Below are positions 57,006 to 64,000 of a stretch of DNA of 64,000 nucleotides, piece after piece. The notes under the pieces were generated by a model. The model was not told the DNA's origin, ran no database searches, and saw nothing but the letters and a program-made list of their open reading frames with translations. The stretch spans positions 255,883 through 319,882 of the forward strand of contig VMEP01000001.1 of assembly GCA_007375595.1 (NCBI GenBank), read 5' to 3'. The DNA is from Parcubacteria group bacterium LiPW_30 (lineage in GTDB: Bacteria > Patescibacteriota > Minisyncoccia > Phycocordibacterales > VMEP01). Numbering within the stretch: the first letter of the stretch is position 1; every line of letters begins with the position of its first letter. The position numbers and the translations under genes are program-made.

Positions 57006-57620
57006 ATGTTAGACCAAGAAACATTAACAAGACTAGGAAAGGGTGATGAAATTAATTATCTAAATCTAGAGTATTTTTTTAATTTAATATATCAAGGTTT
57101 AAACAATATTTATTTGCTTCTTTCCGGTGGTATTCCAGGTGTTTCATTTAGTGAAATTTTTTTGACCTTAAAAAATATTTTGCAAATATTGATTGTTTTT
57201 CTTATTGTGGGAATAGTTTATTGTTTTCTTCGTCTTCGTGAAATACGAAAAGAACAAAACGATAAATTAACTATCATTGAAATAAAAGATGATGGTGAGA
57301 AAATTAGAAATGAACGCTGGGCTATTGTTCAAGATCATTTGAATAGCGACAACGAAGCAGACTGGAAATTTGCAGTTATTGAGGCAGATAACATATTAGA
57401 TGAGCTCGTCAGAAAAATGGGATATGACGGAGAAGATTTAGGGGAACGTTTGAAGGCCGTTGAGCCATCCGATTTTCAAAGTTTACAAAGTGCGTGGGAG
57501 GCACATAAGGTACGTAATCAGATTGTTCATGAAAGTTCTGGTTTTAAGCTTACATACGCCGAAACAAAAAGAATAATTGGTTTATATGAACAGGTATTCC
57601 GTGAGTTTGAATATTTGTAA
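57006..57620 (+). CDS. Conserved hypothetical membrane protein
   Basis: TM plus AVIEAD, GE.LK, AWEAHKVRNQIVH. Confidence 0.8.
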   Translation: MLDQETLTRLGKGDEINYLNLEYFFNLIYQGLNNIYLLLSGGIPGVSFSEIFLTLKNILQILIVFLIVGIVYCFLRLREIRKEQNDKLTIIEIKDDGEKIRNERWAIVQDHLNSDNEADWKFAVIEADNILDELVRKMGYDGEDLGERLKAVEPSDFQSLQSAWEAHKVRNQIVHESSGFKLTYAETKRIIGLYEQVFREFEYL

Positions 57621-57706
57621 ATTTAGTTGAATTTTTTTGGTTTTGGGGTATTATTAGCACGAACGCCTGTAGAGACAGGCCTTTTCAGTTAAAAACTGAG
57701 AAATTA

Positions 57707-57813
57707 TATAGCGGGATGCGGGCTTATGGAGTAAGACCGGGCCGGAGCGTGGCGACGCGAGGCGGGGTCGCAGAATTTTTCAGCAGAAAAATATCTGTGA
57801 CGAAGTGGTACTC
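57707..57813 (+). mobile_element. Duplicated tRNA-fMet 5' fragment interrupted by the GC-rich core element
   Basis: TATAGCGGGATG...core...GAAGTGGTA matches 57860-57882. Confidence 0.65.
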
Positions 57814-57862
57814 CTTGTGGTTTAACCACAAAGTTTGTTAAGGTAGTTGTTGAAAGAATTAT

Positions 57863-57933
57863 AGCGGGATGGAGAAGTGGTATCTCGCAAGGCTCATAAC
57901 CTTGAGGCGCCCGTTCGAGTCGGGCTCCCGCAA
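57863..57933 (+). tRNA. Initiator tRNA-fMet(CAT)
   Basis: A1:A72 mismatch, loop CTCATAA. Confidence 0.88.
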
Positions 57934-57993
57934 CAAGTAAGCGTGGGTGACAGTCGCGAAGTTTCTAGTGTCACAGTACGATTATGATAGCTT

Positions 57994-58064
57994 GCCGATG
58001 TAGTTCAATGGTAGAACGAAGGACTCATAAGCCTTAGACAATGGTCCGATTCCATTCATCGGCA
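57994..58064 (+). tRNA. tRNA(CAT), probably elongator Met
   Basis: GCCGATG/CATCGGC-A acceptor, loop CTCATAA, atypical T-loop TCCGATT. Confidence 0.85.
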
Positions 58065-58086
58065 CTCGGTTTAAAAAATCGAAAAT

Positions 58087-58160
58087 GCGGCCATAGCTCA
58101 ACTGGTTAGAGCACTCGCCTGTCACGCGAGAGGTTGTGGGTTCAAGTCCCATTGGCCGCG
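58087..58160 (+). tRNA. tRNA-Asp(GTC)
   Basis: CTCGC-CTGTCAC-GCGAG, G73. Confidence 0.96.
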
Positions 58161-58225
58161 CAAAATTAATCCCCGAAAGGGGATTTAATTTTGCGTGACA
58201 AAGCAAGACACTTGAGTGCCTTGCG

Positions 58226-58340
58226 GTGGGACTTGAAGCCCGGAGCGATGTTTTTGTTTGAGCGTAGCGAAAGGCAAAAACCGCGAGGGCGGGCTGGGCG
58301 ATTTTTCAGTCAGGAAAAATACGACTAGCCAAGTCCAATT
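58226..58340 (+). mobile_element. tRNA-Asp-tail mirror element
   Basis: GTGGGACTTGAA (inverted T-arm copy)...CCGGAGCG core...CAAGTCCAATT (direct copy). Confidence 0.65.
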
Positions 58341-58462
58341 AGTATTTCTTTTTTGGTTTTTTTACAATTAAAATAACCCACTTGTCTTAAAGGTAAAATG
58401 GGTATTAAATTAAGCTAAATTTATCTCCCAGGAAGAGATTATGAAAATTACAATTACTCTAA

Positions 58463-59572
58463 ATGAAGATTTTTTACCATATACGAAACGCAGTAATTTC
58501 AATTATATTTTTAGGAAGTTTTTTTATTTTACCTTCGCTATCATATGCTGTATCAGGCACATGTTCATATCATGGAGGCGTTAACTGTTCGGCAGGATTT
58601 GATTGGGATGGAAGCGCTATTTGTAACGATGGATGGCGAGATAGTAGTGAACTATATTCTCAAGTCAATGGATGTTCTACTGATAGACGTCCTTTATGCA
58701 CGTCCGAAGAGGTTACCCAGCTTCAGAATAAATATGGTCTTCCTGAAATAAAACAAAGATGGGATAGTATTTCCCAAAAAATAGACGCTATTGCAAATAG
58801 CTCACAGTCATCCACTGACACCAATACTCTTCGGAATAATGCCATAGAATCAAGTAAACTTTATATAGAATTTTTACCCGTACAAGTTGAGTACCAAAAT
58901 GCATTCAACCACGCAATGGAAGATTGTTACGAACTAGGAGCTAAAGAAGAACAACAATTTAAGGATAATTTATACAAGCAACAGCAACAGAATCAAGATA
59001 ATTTGCGGAAGAAAGACCAAGAATTGGAAGATTACTTGTATAAGCTACTTCAATCTCAACAAACACAACCTACATCACAGCCAGCACAAACTAGTGGTGA
59101 TGTATGTGTAGAAAGAGGGGTTGCACATTCTCATTTAAAAAATTCTGCCTGTGAGTGTGATTCGGGGTATTACAACATTAACAATTCTTGTGTCCCATAC
59201 GATAACGCATGCAAGAGTCAGATGGGGTCTAGTGCTTACTATATTGGAAATAATCAATGCTCATGTTCAGCAGGTTATATTATGGAAAATAGTAAATGTG
59301 TTCCGCAGACTCTTCCTGTCAATAACAATAATGCAAATACATCGTCTGTGAATACGACTAACACTGTCTCACCAAAAGAAACTGTATTGCCATATAAACC
59401 TAAAGTAGAAGTTAAGAACCTTCCTGCCAAAACTAGTATTTCAAAATCAAAATCATTAGATAAACCACAAGCAACAACCACAAGCACGACAACTGCTCCA
59501 GTAATTCAAAAAAACACTAAACCAACAATTACTTCTAGAATTGGCTCGTGGCTCAAGAGTTTATTCAGATAA
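58463..59572 (+). CDS. Secreted Cys-rich protein with coiled coil and EGF-like repeats
   Basis: Signal peptide, CSYHGGV.C...CNDGW, CxC..GY repeats, C-terminus RIGSWLKSLFR. Confidence 0.82.
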   Translation: MKIFYHIRNAVISIIFLGSFFILPSLSYAVSGTCSYHGGVNCSAGFDWDGSAICNDGWRDSSELYSQVNGCSTDRRPLCTSEEVTQLQNKYGLPEIKQRWDSISQKIDAIANSSQSSTDTNTLRNNAIESSKLYIEFLPVQVEYQNAFNHAMEDCYELGAKEEQQFKDNLYKQQQQNQDNLRKKDQELEDYLYKLLQSQQTQPTSQPAQTSGDVCVERGVAHSHLKNSACECDSGYYNINNSCVPYDNACKSQMGSSAYYIGNNQCSCSAGYIMENSKCVPQTLPVNNNNANTSSVNTTNTVSPKETVLPYKPKVEVKNLPAKTSISKSKSLDKPQATTTSTTTAPVIQKNTKPTITSRIGSWLKSLFR

Positions 59573-59722
59573 AGTTAGTCAGTTGAAGCTTTGGAATGTA
59601 AATACTCGTATCATTTATTCTTTCAAAACTGGTTCTGGTGTCGTTCAGTAAGTCGCGCAAAGTTAATCCCGTTCGCTTTGAGAAAACGCAGAAATAGATT
59701 ACTATTTCTGCGTGTTTAGTTT

Positions 59723-59795
59723 GCCGTTGTAGCTCAGTTGGTAGAGCACGTCATTGGTAATGACGAGGTCTCCGGTTCAATCCCGGACAACGGCT
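59723..59795 (+). tRNA. tRNA-Thr(GGT)
   Basis: CGTCA-TTGGTAA-TGACG. Confidence 0.96.
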
Positions 59796-59830
59796 CTGGG
59801 TTGTAACCAGTAAATAATTTTACTGGTGTA

Positions 59831-59960
59831 CGGGATTGAAAGCCGGAGGCAGACGTGCCGAGGCGGGGTAGCGCAACCGGAGGCAGACGTGCCGAGGCGG
59901 GGTAGCGCAAAAATTTAGCAAAATTTTATGCGTGACCAATCCCGGACAACGGCTCTGGGT
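59831..59960 (+). mobile_element. tRNA-Thr-tail mirror element with internal 34-bp tandem duplication
   Basis: CGGGATTGAA inverted copy; 24-bp direct repeat 59778-59801 = 59937-59960. Confidence 0.8.
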
Positions 59961-59972
59961 ATATAGGAATAT

Positions 59973-60048
59973 GCCACCTTAGCTCAGTTGGTAGAGCGAC
60001 CCCTTCGTAAGGGGTAGGTCCCCAGTTCGATTCTGGGAGGTGGCTCCA
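59973..60048 (+). tRNA. tRNA-Thr(CGT), CCA encoded
   Basis: ACCCC-TTCGTAA-GGGGT. Confidence 0.96.
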
Positions 60049-60050
60049 AA

Positions 60051-60938
60051 ATGAAAGATAAACAGTCTATAGAAAAACGTATAGCAGAAATCGAAGCCCA
60101 AATGGCGGGGGCGGATTTTTGGAATGATAAGGTCACAGCGCAAGCAATATTAAAAGAATTTCAGCAATTAAAAAACGACCTTGAGGGCGCGTCTCGATAC
60201 GACAAGGGAAACGCTGTGATGACTATTTTCTCTGGGGCTGGTGGCGATGATTCTGAAGATTTTTCACGGATGCTTCTTAATATGTATGAAAAGTTTTTTG
60301 CGAAAAAAGGTTGGACCTCGCACGTTGTGCATGAAAATAAAAATGATTTAGGGGGATATCGTAATATCACAATCGAAATTAGTGGGAAAAACGCATATGG
60401 TTTGTTAAAAAATGAATCCGGTGTTCACAGGCTTGTTCGTATTTCTCCTTTTAATGCAAAAAAACTTCGCCACACCTCATTTTCAATGGTTGAAGTTATT
60501 CCAGATTTTGAAGAGGGAGATGAAAGTGATGTTCAGATTGCACCAGAAGACGTAAGGGTTGAATTTGCACGCTCGTCTGGTCCTGGTGGGCAAAACGTCA
60601 ATAAAAGAGAGACCGCAGTAAGAGTGGTGTATTTGGCGACAAATATTGCGGTTCACGCTGAGACGGAGCGTTCTCAAGAGCAGAACCGCGCGCGGGCTAT
60701 GCAGATTTTGCGAGGGAAATTATTTAAGAAAATGGAAGATGAGCGAAAGTCTAGAGAAAGTGGAATGTATGTTTCTAAGACAACTGAGGTTGAATGGGGT
60801 AATCAAATTCGCTCATACGTTTTGCATCCCTATAAAATGGTTAAGGACCACAGAACTGGTGTAGAAACAGGGGACGTGGACGGAGTTTTGGAAGAAGGAA
60901 AATTGGAGGAGTTTATTGAAGCAGAAAAAGGACTCTAG
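60051..60938 (+). CDS. prfB: Peptide chain release factor 2 with shortened domain 1
   Basis: GVHRLVRISPF, RHTSF, GPGGQNVN, WGNQIRSY. Confidence 0.93.
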   Translation: MKDKQSIEKRIAEIEAQMAGADFWNDKVTAQAILKEFQQLKNDLEGASRYDKGNAVMTIFSGAGGDDSEDFSRMLLNMYEKFFAKKGWTSHVVHENKNDLGGYRNITIEISGKNAYGLLKNESGVHRLVRISPFNAKKLRHTSFSMVEVIPDFEEGDESDVQIAPEDVRVEFARSSGPGGQNVNKRETAVRVVYLATNIAVHAETERSQEQNRARAMQILRGKLFKKMEDERKSRESGMYVSKTTEVEWGNQIRSYVLHPYKMVKDHRTGVETGDVDGVLEEGKLEEFIEAEKGL

Positions 60939-60941
60939 ATT

Positions 60942-61052
60942 TGACCACAAACCTACTCTGAGAAATAACATTGAGGTAATTTTTTTGATATAATGCTTTG
61001 ATAATTCTTTTACTGTTTATATTTATGCTAAGGTAGAGTAGGCACGTGGTCA
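60942..61052. repeat. Imperfect inverted-repeat-bounded segment
   Basis: TGACCAC-aaa-CCTACTCT / AGAGTAGG-cac-GTGGTCA. Confidence 0.55.
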
Positions 61053-61089
61053 CTGTCTTCTAAGACTCGCTCCGCTCGCCAAGAAAACA

Positions 61090-61770
61090 ATGATTTATTT
61101 TGATAAAGTTTCAAAAATATATAAAGACCAATCGGTTGCTCTTGAAGACGTTACAATAACAATCTCCCCCGGGGAATTTGTTTCTATTGTTGGACACTCT
61201 GGCGCTGGGAAGACTACGCTTCTTAAAATGCTCATGGTTGAGGAAAAGCCAACAGCGGGCAAAGTTTTTTTTGAATCGATAGATGTTCAGACACTTCGCG
61301 GGAAGGAAATACCAACATACCGCAGACGAATTGGTGTAGTTTTTCAGGATTTTAAGCTTTTGCCAAACAAAACTGCGTATGAAAATATCGCTTTTGCTAT
61401 GGAGGCTGCTGGGCGTAGCGATGAAGAGATTGCCTCAGATGTCCCTCACGCATTAGAGCTCGTTGATCTTGGTTTAAAGAGGTGGAATTTCCCTCATCAG
61501 CTTTCTGGTGGGGAACGCCAGAGGGTCGCTATTGCGCGTTCCATAATAAATCAACCAGATGTTTTGATTGCTGATGAGCCAACAGGTAATCTCGACCCTA
61601 TAAACACACAAGAAATCATCCAAATCTTGAAAAAAATCAACGACCTCGGCACAACCGTTATTTTAACCACCCATAACAAAGGAGTTATCGATTCTTTGGG
61701 GAAAAGAGTGGTAACAATGGAGAACGGAAGGATTTCTCGAGATGACGAGAAAGGGCGTTACGTGATGTAA
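61090..61770 (+). CDS. ftsE: Cell division ATP-binding protein FtsE
   Basis: GHSGAGKT, VFQDFKLL, LSGGE, ADEPTGNLD. Confidence 0.95.
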   Translation: MIYFDKVSKIYKDQSVALEDVTITISPGEFVSIVGHSGAGKTTLLKMLMVEEKPTAGKVFFESIDVQTLRGKEIPTYRRRIGVVFQDFKLLPNKTAYENIAFAMEAAGRSDEEIASDVPHALELVDLGLKRWNFPHQLSGGERQRVAIARSIINQPDVLIADEPTGNLDPINTQEIIQILKKINDLGTTVILTTHNKGVIDSLGKRVVTMENGRISRDDEKGRYVM

Positions 61771-61819
61771 TTTTAGTAATTTTGTCCGCACTTCTAGTTT
61801 CTGATATAATGCGGGAGAT

Positions 61820-62740
61820 ATGATTTGGACAGACTTGAGACGTATCATAAAAGCCGGCATAACCAACTTTTGGCGCACTGGCACCGTCTCCCTCTCCTCG
61901 GTTTTTATCTTCACGGTAACTCTCTATTTTCTTGGCTCGCTAATTTTTTTGCAAGCAGTTTTGGACTACACACTAACGCAGATTAAAGACCGCGTTGACG
62001 TGAATACATATTTTACAATCGCAACCGATGAATCAAAGATTCTTTCAATAAAGAAAAAATTAGAGGCGCTTCCAGAAGTTGCCTCTGTTAACTACACCTC
62101 TCGAGACGAAGCGCTCGCGCAATTTAAGAAACGACACGAAAATGATTATCTAACCCTTCAAGCGCTTGATGAATTGGGCGATAATCCTCTTGGTGCATCA
62201 CTAAATATTAAAGCAAAAGACCCTTCGCAATATGAATCGGTTGTTAGATTTTTGCAGAGTGATAGTTTGGGCGCTCAGTCTGGCGGTCTTATTGATAAAA
62301 TTAATTACAACCAAAACAAGAGTGTCATAGAGCGACTCTCAGGTATTATTAATGGTTCTAAAAAAATTGGTTTTGGTGTCGCGTTTGCGCTCGCAATACT
62401 TTCTATTTTAATTACCTTCAACACAATCCGTTTAGTCATCTATGTTGCAAGGGAGGAGATTGGCATTATGCAACTTGTTGGGGCAAATGATTCTTATGTG
62501 CGTGGGCCATTTATCGTTGGTGGAATAATGTATGGAATTTTTTCTGCAATTTTTGCTTTGATACTTTTCGTTCCGACAACTATTTGGTTTGGGGAGACAA
62601 CCACAAGTTTCTTTGGTGGAATAAATATTTTTGACTATTACATGTCTAATTTCTTGGAGATAGCTTTCATTTTGCTTTTGTCTGGAGTGCTTTTGGGTGC
62701 GATATCGAGCGTCCTTGCCGTTAGGAAATATTTAAAATAA
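61820..62740 (+). CDS. ftsX: Cell division permease FtsX
   Basis: Four TMs, NPL, NTIRL, REEIGIMQLVGA. Confidence 0.93.
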   Translation: MIWTDLRRIIKAGITNFWRTGTVSLSSVFIFTVTLYFLGSLIFLQAVLDYTLTQIKDRVDVNTYFTIATDESKILSIKKKLEALPEVASVNYTSRDEALAQFKKRHENDYLTLQALDELGDNPLGASLNIKAKDPSQYESVVRFLQSDSLGAQSGGLIDKINYNQNKSVIERLSGIINGSKKIGFGVAFALAILSILITFNTIRLVIYVAREEIGIMQLVGANDSYVRGPFIVGGIMYGIFSAIFALILFVPTTIWFGETTTSFFGGINIFDYYMSNFLEIAFILLLSGVLLGAISSVLAVRKYLK

Positions 62741-62744
62741 TGAA

Positions 62745-64000
62745 ATGAAAAGAAACAAAACAAAATACATTTTTGTGGTAGGAGGCGTGATATCAGGAGT
62801 CGGCAAGGGGGTAACTGTCTCATCAATAGGAAAAATCTTACAATCCCGCGGTCTTAAAGTGACCGCGATTAAAATTGACCCGTATGTAAACGTGGATGCT
62901 GGCACCATGAATCCAACAGAGCACGGCGAAGTTTTTGTGCTTGAAGATGGTTTTGAGACCGATCAAGACATGGGTAATTACGAGCGTTTCTTGGGAATAA
63001 AACTCTCCCGCGCTAATTACATGACGACAGGTCGTGTTTATGAGGCTGTTATAAAAAAAGAACGAAACCTAGAATACGGTGGGAAGTGTGTGCAGGTGGT
63101 GCCACATATTCCGCTTGAAATTATTGGGCGTATTGAACGCGCAGGCACAAGAGCAAGCGCTGATATTGTTGTGATTGAAATTGGTGGAACAGTCGGGGAA
63201 TACGAAAATATTTTATTCCTTGAAGCTGCTCGCATGATGAAGCTTCGCAAACCAGACGATGTGGCTTTCGTAATTGTCTCTTATCTCCCCGTGCCATCGA
63301 AAGTTGGAGAAATGAAAACAAAACCAACCCAGCACGCTGTTCGCGCTCTCTCAAGTGCTGGTATTCACCCAGATATTATTGTTGCGCGAAGTCAGGGGGC
63401 GATTGATAAAAAAAGAAAAGATAAACTAGCGCTTTTCTGTAATGTTTCACCGGAGTGTGTCATCTCTGCTCCAGATGTTGATAGTATTTACGATATCCCA
63501 TTAAATTTAGAGCGTGATCATTTAGGTGAAATTTTGTTAAAGAAATTAAAAGTGAAGGCAAAGAACGGCGCTGATCTAGCAGATTGGAAAAAGTTTTTTG
63601 ATGGTGTCGGAAAGTTTAAAGATGAAATAAAAATTGCGGTGGTTGGGAAATATTTTGATACCGGAGATTTCGTTTTGGCGGATTCATATATTTCCGTGAT
63701 TGAGGCAATAAAGTTTTCTGCGTATCATTTGAAAAAGCGCCCAGTTCTCACTTGGATAAACGCTAAAGATTTTGAGGTTGATCCAAAGAAAGTTAAACAG
63801 CTCGATAAATACGACGGCGTGGTTGTTCCTGGGGGATTTGGTGAATCGGGGATTGCAGGTAAACTCTCAGCTATTAAATATGCTCGCGAAAATAAGATTC
63901 CATATCTCGGGCTTTGTTATGGAATGCAACTTATTGTTATTGAATATGCAAGAAATGTTTTAGGTTTAAAGAATGCTAATACTGCTGAAATAGATCCTGA
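62745..64000 (+). CDS. pyrG: CTP synthase, 5' part (runs off window; absent from the ORF track)
   Basis: KYIFVVGGVISGVGKG, KIDPYVNVDAGTMNPTEHGEVF, KTKPTQH, PGGFG, GLCYGMQ. Confidence 0.97.
   Translation, partial: MKRNKTKYIFVVGGVISGVGKGVTVSSIGKILQSRGLKVTAIKIDPYVNVDAGTMNPTEHGEVFVLEDGFETDQDMGNYERFLGIKLSRANYMTTGRVYEAVIKKERNLEYGGKCVQVVPHIPLEIIGRIERAGTRASADIVVIEIGGTVGEYENILFLEAARMMKLRKPDDVAFVIVSYLPVPSKVGEMKTKPTQHAVRALSSAGIHPDIIVARSQGAIDKKRKDKLALFCNVSPECVISAPDVDSIYDIPLNLERDHLGEILLKKLKVKAKNGADLADWKKFFDGVGKFKDEIKIAVVGKYFDTGDFVLADSYISVIEAIKFSAYHLKKRPVLTWINAKDFEVDPKKVKQLDKYDGVVVPGGFGESGIAGKLSAIKYARENKIPYLGLCYGMQLIVIEYARNVLGLKNANTAEIDP

Noticed and set aside
59843-59910. 34-bp tandem repeat as a CRISPR array
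   Set aside because: Two abutting copies with no spacer and no cas genes; it is an internal duplication of the element core
59960-60060. Programmed +1 frameshift in prfB
   Set aside because: No CTTTGA slippery site or upstream in-frame segment; the space is a tRNA gene

Overview
A bacterial chromosome segment, most likely from Patescibacteria (CPR, Parcubacteria-like). Supporting signs: no rpmD between rpsE and rplO, Lys-rich extensions on ribosomal proteins, a type IV pilus cluster with comF, and a stand-alone VirD4-like ATPase. The code is standard code 11 (TGA stops are used and RF2 is present). Gene order: 3' end of tuf; the S10-spc ribosomal protein cluster, broken into several transcription units and interrupted by ORFans; secY-adk-map; the VirD4-like ATPase; ndk; a probable 6S RNA; beta-CASP and LOG genes; infC-rpmI-rplT; an accessory region between tRNA-Ala and tmRNA (thrC, Cys-rich secreted proteins, a HEPN-like protein); smpB, ftsH, recG, comF; the pil cluster; ligA, gatCA; a tRNA cluster; a shortened prfB, ftsEX and the 5' part of pyrG. 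The least explained signals are non-coding. (1) Small elements beside tRNA/tmRNA genes whose ends copy the neighbouring T-arm. (2) A candidate ~270-nt structured ncRNA inside the r-protein cluster. (3) A duplicated promoter-RBS-start block heading two unrelated ORFs. (4) Three loop-less palindromes centred on GCTATAGC. (5) A TIR element inserted at the gatC start codon. (6) Several modular REP/BIME-like repeat families. There is also a tRNA-Ile with a UAU anticodon. All calls were made by eye; no database searches were run.
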